Part shown: piece by piece, positions 29,168-41,637 of the stretch
Layout: the number at the start of each line of letters is the position of its first letter
Position numbering within the stretch: the stretch's first letter is position 1
Assembly: GCA_965649765.1 (NCBI GenBank)
Contig: OZ287751.1
Coordinates: 32,054,001-32,118,000 of the forward strand
Reading direction: 5' to 3'
Length of the DNA stretch: 64,000 bases
Origin: Bispira polyomma
Lineage: Eukaryota
Made by a program: the position numbers and the translations under genes
The notes under the pieces: model-generated
Database searches by the model: none
Told to the model about the DNA's origin: nothing
The model's input: the letters and a program-made list of their open reading frames with translations, nothing else

Positions 29168-32100
29168 TGCCTAGTGTGAAGTGTACCGGCTGTGGAGGTA
29201 GACATCCGAGACCCGTGGGAAGATGATGCATAGTGTTCAAACGGGCACAAGGCGAGGCCGAGCAGGATGAATGAATTGACGACAATGTGATTATATCCAA
29301 GTTCAGGTAGATCAAAGGCTGCGTGAGCTTGCCTTACTCAATGCCCAGGATCCTTCAGGTAAAAATCAGATCAAATCCCAAAGGGGTGGTTCAGTCGATG
29401 TTTTTGTTAAAAAGCATGTCAAGTGGCCTCACCAGCATGTACTGGGAGGTTCCACAAAAGATAGAATAGCGTACAACCAGCTCACATTTTCTCAACTTGT
29501 ATCGAGTTTCACTCGTAGTATTCAAGAAGAAAGTAATGCTTAAACCAAAGATCAAATGTGATTATTTATGTGATCTGTTAGAAGATGTCCAGGACTTTTC
29601 TTGGCAAGCTGCCAAGAATAGCCATGAAATACTCCTTTGTCAAATGGAGGAAGGAAGATAGAATGGTCTGACACCAACAAGACTGACAGGATACGTAGGG
29701 CACATGCCCAGAGACATGTAGTTGGTAGTAACACAGGTAGTAATTACTCTAAATCACAAACCAAGGATAGGAAAGCAGGCACACCTTGTTTTAGATTTCA
29801 AAAGGGGACATGCAAATTTACCAAGGATCATGAAATGGGGAGCAAAAACTTCATACATGTGTGTGAGTCCTGCTTTGCTGAGGGTAAGTTGTTTAACCAT
29901 CCTGACAAAGAGTGTAGGAACAATAAGTATAATTCAAAAAACGGGAGAGGGCCAGCATCAAATTAGGCGCTGGCAAAAATGGTATGAAATATTGTGATGG
30001 ACAGAAACACAGGTCAGATAGTGTATATAATCATGTAGAAGGTAGTAATACTGAAGTCTAGTATAGATAGTATGGTGATAGAATTGTGTACAGTACAGTT
30101 ATACCCAATGTAAAAGTATTGCATAATAATCAGTTTTTAGGTGATTGGAGAGAAGCATATAGAAACGCAGGTCAAAAGCGCACATATGCACAGGCCCTGA
30201 AACAGGGCACACATGGTAAGGGTGTTGTAGTCAGTCAGCAGCAAGCTGGGTGTGGGCGAAATTCTCCCACTAATAGAACAGCAAATGCCCTCAAAGTTAC
30301 CAACCATAGCATATCTAAATCAGCTGTTTCAAACGGCACTAGCATTGACAACAACAAATGTCCAAAAAGGGGTGATATTAAAAAACCCCAAAGCTCCATG
30401 GCCAACAGTCACAATAAAACCCTCATTAGAGACAAACAGGTCCCACTGGCTAATCGTTTCACTCCCCCAATGTCGACCCTGGAACAAGGCGATGGTCATA
30501 ACAAAGAAAGTGGGGAAAGGGGGGGGATGTGATTTTCTCAAAAGTAGCATAAATGATAACACCTACAGACGGATTGGCAGTGGCATAAATAATCAACCGG
30601 CTTGTGTCACAACTCCATTTGACAACAACAAATGTCCAAAAAGGGGTGATATTAAAAAACCCCAAAGCTCCATGGCCAACAGTCACAATAAAACCCTCAT
30701 TAGAGACAAACAGGTCCCACTGGCTAATCGTTTCACTCCCCCAATGTCGACCCTGGAACAAGGCGATGGTCATAACAAAGAAAGTGGGGAAAGGGGGGGG
30801 ATGTGATTTTCTCAAAAGTAGCATAAATGATAACACCTACAGACGGATTGGCAGTGGCATAAATAATCAACCGGCTTGTGTCACAACTCCATTTTTAGCA
30901 CATAAAAGGCGCAACATGTATGACAATGGGGATAAGGATAAAGGGAAAACCACTTCTATTCAAGGTGTGGAAACACCTCCACAAAGTGACAAAGTTAGCA
31001 AAAGTACGGGTGTTTGTAATAGGGGTAATGGGGAGACTCGTACTCCAGGAAATAAAACCAATATTGTCATAGACAGCATTGCATGGGGTAATAGTACGGT
31101 TGCTTCAAGTGAATATAACAAACAATGTCATAGTAATGGAACCACACAAGACAAGGACCAAAAAGTAGTATGGCAGGGAAAATTAACACCACATGCCCCA
31201 GTATTTATCCCTAGCAAAGTATGTTCCTCGGTTGACTTGCTAAACGTAGATGGCAAATATGAATTGCAATTCTTGAGTAAAACAAACACAAAGGATATTG
31301 CTCAGCTAGTGCAATGTAAAAAATTATACGACACTCGTATTTTTTAAAACCCTCAAGGCTTGGGCTTTGCACCATTGAGTGATTTTGTTAGAACCCAGCA
31401 TCAGGTTAGTGTCCATACTGTCCATACTTACATGAAATGGTTAAGGCAACGGGGAAGTACATTTTTCAGCAGGCACGTTATCCTGTCAAATCCCAACTAA
31501 AGGTTGATAACTGGGAAAGGTACTTACTGGGATTCACAGTTGATTGATTCCATCAAATTTGGATTCCCCTAGGCTTTGATAGGAATGTTGAACTTCAGTG
31601 TGACTTAAACAATCACACATCAGCTACCCAATATCCAGCACCAGTAGATACATATCTAAATGAAGAATGTGGTTTTAATGCAATTATAGGGCCCTTTGCC
31701 ACCAATCCTATAACACAGCTTCACTGCTCACCATTTATAACTCGGGAGAAACCAGGATCAGTAAATCGCAGGGTAATCATAGATCTGAGTTGGCCAGAAG
31801 GTGGTAGTGTAAATGGGGGGGGGGGGGAGACTTCTATATTGTAGCCAGACCTTTCAGAGAATTAGTGATGAAGTAAGGTATATTATGAGTAAAAACAACC
31901 ACAAGATTATCAATTATATTGATGACTTAATAGGCTGTGGTGTACCCAGCAAAGCTAGGGCAGCATATGACTTCCTGTACCAATTACTAGGTAAGTTAGG
32001 TCTTACCATCAGTGCAAAAAAGTTAGTTCCACCAAGTACACAATGCATATGTTTAGGAGTACCAATTGACACTGTACAAGGTACCATTTCTATTCCTGTA

Positions 32101-32830
32101 GACAAACTAGAAATCATAGTCAAAACTTGTGCCACTTGGCAGGATTTTGAGGTAACCACAAAAAGAAAACTGCAGTCATTATTAGGTTCTCTCTTATATG
32201 TCGCAAAATGCTGCAAGCCAGCTCGCATTTTCCTGAACAGAATGTTGACTAGTCTTAGAGCTGCTAGTAATCCCAAGCGTATTGTACTAGATTCCACAGG
32301 GATGTCAACTGGTTTCAGTCTTTTCTAGCTCAGTACAATGGTGTCACCTTCTTTAACCACAAGCCGGTGGCTGCAGTCATTGAATTAGACGCATGTTTAA
32401 CTGGGGTAGGGGCCAGGTATGGGGATACGTTATACACTCTACCAATTCCCCAGTCCATGCAAAGCATCGGAATAGTCAGACTAGAAATGGTAAATATTGT
32501 GGTGGCTTTGAAGGTGTGGGGTAGTTACTGGAAAGACAGCAAAGTGGTTATCCGTTGTGACAATAGTGCAGTAGTATCAGTGTTAAACACAGGTAGGACT
32601 CGAGATAAATACCTTGCAGCTTATACAAGGAATGTATTTCTCCTTACAGCTAGGCACAACGTAGACTTTAAGGTAATGCATATTTTAGGCATTAATAATG
32701 CAGTGGCTGATACACTATCCAGGTGGATGGGCTCCAACTCTCAGTGGCAAATAATACACAGGCATGTTAATGATTCTGTGTGGTGTGACCTTAAGCAAGA
32801 GGCCTTCCACCTGGATTGGTCCATATAGAC
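29168..32830 (+). mobile_element. Decayed DIRS/Ngaro-group retrotransposon (gag, RT, RNase H; no tyrosine recombinase seen)
   Basis: gag CTGCGGRHPRPVGR, KWPHQHV, C-x6-C..H..HVCESC..H...C; RT RVIIDLSWP, NYIDDLIG, LQSLLGSL; RNase H ELDACLTGVG, LEMVN, CDN, NAVADTLSR. Confidence 0.9.
30345..30894. repeat. Apparently exact 274-bp tandem duplication
   Basis: 30345-30620 repeats at 30619-30894. Confidence 0.95.
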
Positions 32831-33496
32831 AAATGCTTTCTTTTACCAGTAATACTAAATTACGGTCTGTGAGCTGTACTGGTGTGTTTTATTGTTTTCT
32901 TTTCTTTAAAGAAAGGTTTATTCTAACTACTGTCTGTTGAACATGTATTGATTTATTATGTAAAGTGTCTCACTAATACCAGATACTTTGTCACACAGTA
33001 CACTTTTGTATGTGTGTAAATTATATTAAGTAACATTTATATTTAAAAAAAATACATTCAGATAACATCAATGTACATGAAAGACATTCAGAAAAATACT
33101 TTAAACCTTATACATTTTCCATCACAGCACATTAATTACATTGAAAAGATTATACACTCACAGGTAAAATTATTTTTATCATATCATGTTTTAATGCACA
33201 CAAGAAAGAATACTTTATTACAGCATATACATATTCCAGGTAATGCAAAAAATAAAAATTTAGTATTTTCCATTCAGAAACTTTGTAACATTATACATTA
33301 AACATCCTTGTGCAATTAAAACATAATTATTTTGCATTTTAATGTCCACAACATGTCCACTATGCATATGTCTTAGGTGCCCACAACGCATCATATTTAT
33401 GTAATCTGAAAGCTTAGTACTACTATCGTTTAATCTAGAAAGTTACCATTTATTCAGCATCATTTATTTATTTATACAACTAATACTGTGTATGAT

Positions 33497-35200
33497 CTAA
33501 TCTGAAGCATGGCTCAATGCCAAGTCCTGTATTGCTGGAACACTGGGACCAATAGTGTTCAATCTATTTTTGGATGCCGCTTTGAATCCTACAAACTTTA
33601 CAGTGTCTCTGTGGATGTTGTTTGGCATCATTTGGTGGTACAACTGAGTGAAAATGCCTGGCAGTGAGCCTGATAATATCCTCATTATTATTATCAGCAC
33701 ATCTGCTGGTTATGCAAATATAAGACTTCCAATCACCTAAACACAATTCATTACAGATTTACACAAAATTTATCTTTAATTCAAATTTATACACATATTT
33801 TAAAACTTTTTGGGTATAGGTCTTCAGAACGCTAATGAACTATTTCTAGTTAACAGGATTCAAATGGCACATCTTCTGATCAGTCAAAGAAGATGAGTTA
33901 AAGAAGATAGATAACCATTTCCCTGTACTATTTTAGTTTCTCTTGTGGCGTCATGGGGTTGCAGAAGCTGGTACAAATTGATTGATTGATTAATTGAGGG
34001 TAAATGTTGCTTTGAAAACATTGTATATGTCATATCACAACAGGTGGTTTAACTGGTGAGGGAAAGCAGTGCATACTAGTTGATCTTGATTTGAGCTGTT
34101 TGCAGAAGATAAGTATTGCATAAGGTTAAACAGGTCATATTATAGCTTACATCAAGTTGAACATCTTCCGTCATTTTGTGACAGTGTAATTATTAGTGTA
34201 ATTATTAGTCTGTGACTAGCTTTCTGTACCATTTAACATTTCTAACATGATAAAATAATATACATACACTAAAATTTACCTGATCTGCTTGATCCACGCC
34301 TTCCATGTTTAGGTTGCAATCAAGGATACACTCTGGTTTCAGAACCATTACCCCATGTCTACTATGTACGCATACTTCCCTGGTTGCTTCATTGTGACAG
34401 TTGTTAGCCTGTGTACATTTTTCCAAGGCTTTGGTAGGTACCCTGTTTTTGCAAACTATTAACAAGCTGCAACAGTTTGTTCTGCCATATATTGAAACAG
34501 TCCAATAATTTACAGCCCAATAATTTACAGCCAACAAATGATTCAGCCATGTAAAGTAAGTTTATTTTCAAAAAGAAAGGTTTATTTGTAACGATGCACT
34601 GTCGACATCGGGCATTAGGTTGTGTTTACCATGCATTGGCGTCATTTTACCTAAATATACGAGAAATTTGTGTGTATATCCAGTAGACGATTTAAAAAAT
34701 TGATACATTTTGACACCAAATCGGGAGCTTTGCTGGAATGTATTGTTTAAACTCAAGTCTACCTAGGAGCAAGTTTAGATAGGAGCAAGGATGCATCCAG
34801 AGATATGTTTTTCTCTAGCTGCAAGGCCTTTTGAAATTTGTTGTTAAAGTTATCAATTAATGGATTTATCTTGTATATTCAACCATGATTTGGATCCCGA
34901 CAATCAGGCTGGTTAGTAATATCTACAAGATGCCAGAAGCACAGAATGTTCATGTTTTGATCTATTTTTATCATTATACGGAACAAAGGTGTTGTCATAA
35001 GTGGGTCTGTGGTCCAATATTCTGCATCCGTTGATTTTTTATCAGTCCCATCATTAAGATCAAATTCAGGTTCTCAAACAAGAAACCAAAATTTCTTAGG
35101 TCTGGTCGAGCCTGTAAGAACTGTTTTGCATAACGGTTTGGTTTGGTTTGGTTTTTGGTTTGGTGTTACAATGTCATTACTGAGAAAATGTTTGAAATAG
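33497..35200 (-). mobile_element. Decayed piggyBac (PGBD4-like) transposase
   Basis: SRFGVKMY....SSTGYT..FLVYLGK; KPECILD.N.NMEGVDQADQ; VKWYRKL; C-terminal RHF......QRHCKVC...C.....EPCFRLDH cysteine-rich domain. Confidence 0.85.
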
Positions 35201-35670
35201 TCTATTTATATATATAGCAATCTAGCAATGAAGTATCAGTAAGCATATTAGGCTTAGCCAAAAATGGGGGCAATTCTGGTCTTTCTAAGTTAGGCTCTAT
35301 CCATATAGTCTATTATCGGCACCAATATCTATTTCCTGTCCCTCATCCCCAGAAATGAATGTGTACTTTTTGTTCTTGGTGTTCATCACTTGATAAATTT
35401 TCATGTTCTGACTCATTAGAATCAGTTTAATCAAGACCATGTTCCCGTCCAAAGCCTTGTCCACAACCCTATCTGCTTTATACTCTTCTCCCTTTTACTC
35501 TCACACCTCCCCCTCTTACTCTCACACCTCCCCTTCTTACCCTTAGTTAAATTCTTTCAACTTGAACTCTCCCTCTAATTCTTGTTATTCTTCTTGTCCT
35601 TAGTATTACTAGTGGTTCAGTTTTAGAAGAACTAAAATCCAAATTACTTTCAAGTCTCAGTAAAATCTGT

Positions 35671-38600
35671 CTCCGTCAGGGGGGGGAAATTGAACCCCCC
35701 TAATTGCCCTGGCCCTCGAGAGAGAACGGCCCCACCACGGCCTGAAGGGGACCGCCGGCGCTGACCCGACACACTCTACCAGATGCCAGGCCGGAACCCC
35801 GGGCTGTGGGCTACCACTGCCCGGCGCGGATCCCCGGGAGGGGCAATTACGGGGGTTCGATTTCCCCCCCTGGACAGAGACAGAGATGGCAGACGGGGTT
35901 GCCAATGAGGATACGGGGTGGTTCTGGAGTTAATCAGGTGATCAAGTCATAATGGATCTGGGCTCTCTTTCATATTGGGAACAAAGGGTTGTGGATGTTT
36001 TTTTTGTGTGGATTGGAATTTAACTATTTTAGCTTAATCAAGGTAGGGTTCATGCTCACTATGTTTTAACAAGTAGTAGCAACATATTTGGTGGGGATGG
36101 GGGGGTGGATGATTTCCATTATATTTAAATATCATTATACCCAATTTTTTACCAAATAGTTACCAAACATGGGGATAAAGTTTGACCTAGATCTTGGGAG
36201 TTGGCTGTATCATCTAGTGATACTTGGAGTATACCTGAATACTTTGGTACCCCATTCCATCTGGTGGGGGTAGGGGTAGGGGTACCTCTTAAGGGTAGGT
36301 GGTCACATGGAGAAGTATCACTATTATTTCACCAACTATCAGCAGTTATAATCACCACTCTGGTTTGGCTACAACAGCAAGGGAATAGGTATATCTAGTT
36401 TCAAGGAGGCAGGTGAGGAGCCGGCCAGATTCTTGGGGGGGACTAGCCGGGTTACCCTGTATTGGTTGGCTGCGATTGTGGTGTGACCAGGACTTCGCCA
36501 CATGGTACAAGGAAGCAAATATGGGAGGACGAATATGATTAAGCACTCCATGTCCAAATTAGGTTGGGAAAGGTTTAAGTTAAATGGTAGGTAGGAGTTA
36601 GTATATGCAATATGGGAGTTATGGGGATTTCTGGAACAGTGGAATTTTTTTTTTTTTTTTTTTTATATATATATTTTTTTTATTGAAATTCTACAAAATA
36701 CATGTACATAATACAAGTTGTAAGGAATATCTATTATATACACTCTATTTGAACATTAAACATTTTCAAACACAGCCAATTTATACATCATGGAATACAG
36801 TATGGTCCTAAATGGAACAGTGGAATTTTTGTTAGAATTTGTATTATAGTATAGAGACATTTAATCAGGCTTAAAATAAAGTAAACTTTATAATTGTAGT
36901 GAGATTTTTGGTAGAACTAGTGTTATAATATAGAGACAATTATTTAGACTTTATTAATTATTTTAGAACTAAACTCAAAATCGTAGTAATTGTAGAAGAA
37001 TAATTCTAGGTTGGAAAGTAATATTTCAAGCAATAATTAATTATAGTGAACTATGACCTTAGTAATACATAAACATTATTGTTTTCCTTGACTTACAAAT
37101 AGTTGTCGATGCAAATGCTTAACATTATTGTTTTCTTTAACTTGCAAATAATTGTCAATGCAAATGCATAATATTATTGTTTTCTTTAACTTACAAATAA
37201 TTGTCGATGCAAACGCATAATATTATTGTTTTCTTAAACTTTACAAAAATTTGTTGCTTAGTAATAAGTATTCTAAGAAAAAAAAAAAAAAAAATAAGTA
37301 TTCTATTTTGCCACTTACTGAGTATATTTACCCCCTTTTGGTTTAAATTATTTGATGTAACAGTATAATACATCACATAATTTACCTTCATTATTAAATT
37401 CTATACTTTTCTACATTATAAATATATCCTAACTTAATTATTATTAATAACATTATGAAATCCCATACTTTACTAAATTATAAATAAATCAAATCCTTAA
37501 TAAATTATCTTGAGTTTAAGTACATTATTAAATCCTATATTTTCCAAATTGTAAATAACATCCTAATTTTGTCATATCCTCAGTAAATGTTCTGTGTTTC
37601 CTTGAGTTAATTTACGTTTGTTGTGTCTATTTCTGTGGGTATTAACTGCCATAATATTTATTCTAATTCTAAAATATAAAATCTAACCTTAAATCTTCTT
37701 ACTCTTAATATTAATTCAGTTAATGATTGGTGTTTGCTATTTTATACATATATATGTGGATTTCCTCTATAATATTGTTACCTACATGTATTCTGTCCAT
37801 TTCAATATTCACATTTGTTATCAATATATATTTCTTTTGAATATCATTTATTGTGTTTCCATTATTGTGTTTTCCACTCTATTAATACAACTTTTCTTGA
37901 CTCCGGACCTGAGTTTGCCAATAGATTTGGAAGGTTAAAAATAGAGGGTGACATTGACCTCGACCTTGAAGGCAAATAACCTTGATCTTGGATTACAAGC
38001 CTGCACCCTTTGAGTTGGTTGGCAGCGTGTCCGTCCGAAAAGCATGCCTTCTCCGAAAACTGTGACTGTACCCCTCCCAAAAATTAGTTGTAAGGTAAAA
38101 TATGTAGGTGTCCTAACAAAAAAATCCTAGAACCAAGGCTGCAATATCTCACTTATTCACAACTCCGACTCTACAGTGTGCTCAGTTTACAATACTAGAT
38201 TGAGAAACCTTAAGGTTGGACTATCCAGTTAGAATATTCCAGTAACAGCTTTTGGTCGGTAGCTGGGTTGGACCAGGGGAAATGGGGCAAGGTGAATTGG
38301 TGGGTCAGTAGTGTTGTCCCAGCTGGTGGGTGGTAGGGGAACCCAGAGTACCAATATGAGTTCTGGTGAGGTGTGATAGTTTTAACTCTTGGGTTATGGT
38401 CTTGTCGACCTAATCGACATGGTGGCAGCAAACGGAAGGTACAAATAACTAGTGACAGTTGGTAATAGGTTAGATCCTATCTAGTTATATAGATAGAAGA
38501 TAGGCAGATACTTGGTGGAATAGAAACCATCGGAAGGGGATACGACAAAGAGGATGATTCTCGGGCAGCAACACCTTTCTGGTTTCTTCCTGGTGAGCGC

Positions 38601-38809
38601 CCCCTCCCAGGGAGCCGTGCAGGGCGGTGGTAACCCACGGCGTGGGGTTCCAGCCTGGCATCCTGTAGAGTGTGTCGGGTCGGCACTGGCGGTCCCCTTT
38701 AGGCCGTTGCGAGGCCGTTCTCCCTCGAGGGTCGGGGCAATTAGGGAGGTTTGATTCCCCCTCTCCCCCGGACAGAGACGGCGGACGAGGTGGCCCCCCA
38801 TCTCGCTAC
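35671..38809. mobile_element. Unclassified 3.1 kb insertion with GC-rich structured terminal repeats
   Basis: 35666-35900 and 38599-38795 are ~80% similar (core inverted); flanked by AAATCTGT direct repeats at 35663-35670 and 38810-38817; no recognisable ORF. Confidence 0.65.
37072..37250. repeat. 49-bp tandem repeat, about 3.6 copies
   Basis: Units start at 37072, 37121, 37170, 37219 (AACATTATTGTTTTC...GATGCAAATGC). Confidence 0.9.
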
Positions 38810-40424
38810 AAATCTGTTTTGTTCAAGAAGTAGTCTAAGAAAGCAGTTTAAAATAAAGAAAAGTGTTTCCATATTAGGGTTACTGTGTCAAATTGCACAA
38901 AAACAACTTGACCTGGCCAAGTTAAGATTTCAAGTGAACAGCTGTGTTAAAATTTGCTTTCCATCAACTTACTTTTACGCAAGAACAATATTTTTTATTT
39001 CATTCTGGCAATGCCATTTGCCATTTTTTAAAAATAATTTCTGGTTTACCATATTGGCCTTTTCTCCAAATTTTTTCCAATAATTTTTGTATAAAAGTAG
39101 TGGTATAGAGTAAGAAAAACGATTTGTTGCAAATGATGCGAATAATCGTCACAAGGAGTGAGACAAATCGTCGCAAACTGTGCGACAAATCGTCGCAAAC
39201 TGTGCGATGATTTGTCGCAAGCAAAACTTCACAAGGGGCATTATATTAAGGAGGCTCTTGTTACTATTTTCTTTGTTCTAATTAATTCATTAGAAACTGT
39301 ATAAATTAACACATATAGTTAATGTTATTAAAAGTAAATGTAATTAAACAGTTTAAAGTAAATCAAGCAAATGAATATTATTAATCATGCAAATGTCATT
39401 TAAAGTTTATAGTTTAAAAGTAAATACCACAGTGTCAAGTAAGTAATTATATTGTCAGTATATAAGTTAAAAGCAACATGTTTAATAATGAATCTTTTGT
39501 AAGTACATGGTATCATCATATTTTTTGACAACTATGTTCAAACATGTAATGTATTTTATCAATGTGTAAGTATGCAGTTTTATACAAGTGTGTGCACTAA
39601 GAAACCCTGTTTCCTGTGCATCATTCCTTAGGAATGTAGTCCAAGGTTCTTCCCATATTTACACCTAGGTTTAGCAAAATATGTAATCATGTGACCCCTT
39701 CAGCTATCAAAAACTATATTACCCACAATCCTATGCAGGTCACATGACACCCCATATAAGGCAATGTTATCTAAATATTATCAGATAACTGGTCACATGA
39801 CCATCAACAATTCTGGCTTCCTAGTCACATGACCATCAATAACTCTTTCTTCCTAGTCAGATGACAAATCACATGACCCTTGCCAATACTATATAAGGCA
39901 ATGGTTTGATCACATGACCAAGCAATGCATCAACATTTACTAAATTACTTATTTTCTCTAACCATGTGACCAGTGTTTCCTGTAGAATTCCCAAAATTGT
40001 TATCTGTGTGACTCATGGCATGCATGCCAATGTTGTGTATATAAGGAGCAGCACATGTGCCAGAAAAAAATATTAGAGATTATAATATTATGGGATGAGA
40101 TGAGATAAGTACAGCATTCTGGGCCTTGTGCCCAGAGTCTATAATAAAGAGCCAGTTATATCAGGCCTCACAGAAAAGTACCATCAAGACTAAATATGAT
40201 ACTACAACTGCTGTTTGTTAAACATTTTAAACTATGTTAAAAGGAGAAATAAAGTATGATGAAAAAGCTTACAAAAAAGACTATTATTAGTTTGGACTTC
40301 AACTGTTGTCAAGTGGTGGAACCCGCCGAAAACAAAACAACTACCGCAGAGCCCAAGTTTACAGAAACATCTGAAAAAAGTCACCCAAAACACCACTTGA
40401 CAATTAACGATTCTTTATTTTGGT

Positions 40425-41090
40425 GATATCTCAGTCAATACTGGATGGATTTGAAGTGTGTTAGAAAGCTAGGATTGTGATCTTTAATTTGGTATAAATT
40501 ATGTTCTTGTAGTGTACATAGTTACTGAGTTATAGCCGTTTATATAAAATCTTATATTTCGTGAATTCTGTCAATTAACTACTCTACTGTCAGAAAGCAC
40601 ATACTCTGGGCTTTAAATGATATAAGATATTTATAGAGTATATAGTCACTGAGTTATAGGCGTTTATAAAAAATCTTATATTTCGTGAATTCTGATTTTT
40701 TTTATTAAAACAAGCCCAAAAATAACTATGTAACGTAGACGATATCTCACAGCATACTTGATGGATTTTATTTAAATTAAAAGCAATAAACAGCACCGGA
40801 TCTGGGCTTTAAAATGGTATAAATTATGTATGTATAGGTAACACACTCACTGAGATATAACCGTTCACAAATATCTTATATTTTCGTGAATTCCGGTTTT
40901 TGTGTTAAAATATGCCAAACATGGCTGTGCAACATAGAAGATATCTTACAGGCGTATCAATGGATTTTGATGCAATTAACAGTATTGAAAAGCACTGAAT
41001 CTGAGCTTTAAAATAATATAAATTGTATATGCATATTTAGCATACTTACTGAGATATAACCGTTTACAAAATATTTTTGTAAATTCCTAT
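40425..41090. repeat. Diverged ~200-bp tandem repeat (about 3.5 units) within the Maverick left arm
   Basis: Recurring GATATCTC..TGGATTT..CTGGGCTTTAAA..ACTGAG(T/A)TATA.CCGTT..TCTTATATTTCGTGAATTC. Confidence 0.8.
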
Positions 41091-41637
41091 TTTTGGTAAA
41101 ACATGCCGTTTAAATATAGGTAATATTTTCAAATCTGTAGGACATAATGTCAACACATCAATATGAAATCATTGCTATGCCACAATGATAGTGATTGTGA
41201 TGTCACAATGGTGAATATGTGCCAAGAACACATAAAGTAACAAATGCAAAATGAGCTGTTGTGACCTCCCTTAAAATGGCGACCAAAATTAAGTGACATA
41301 ACTATGGCTGCAATGGAAATGCACCAAAAGGATGTAAATCAGTTTTGACAAAATAAATTATTCCTGTTCATATTAAAAAACTGTAATATTTAAACCCTAA
41401 CTACCTAACTACCATGGAGTCTATTGACAAAAGTTATGAGGAAAATAGGTAAAGACAAATAGCCAGTGTCCCAGCATAAAGAATTAAAAAATGAAATGTT
41501 TAGTTTCAATGATTATTTAAACTGTTTGTTTAAACATTCACTTAACATTCAATTAACATTCAATTTTTTTTTCTTTGACAATAATATCAACATTATTTAC
41601 AACACTACAACATTGTTGATAACATTATTGATAACGT

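Noticed and set aside
38599-38765. U1/U11 snRNA, 7SL, vault RNA, twister or HDV ribozyme identity for the GC-rich repeat
   Set aside because: No Sm site, no 5' splice-site complement, no T-run terminator, and catalytic consensus motifs only partly match
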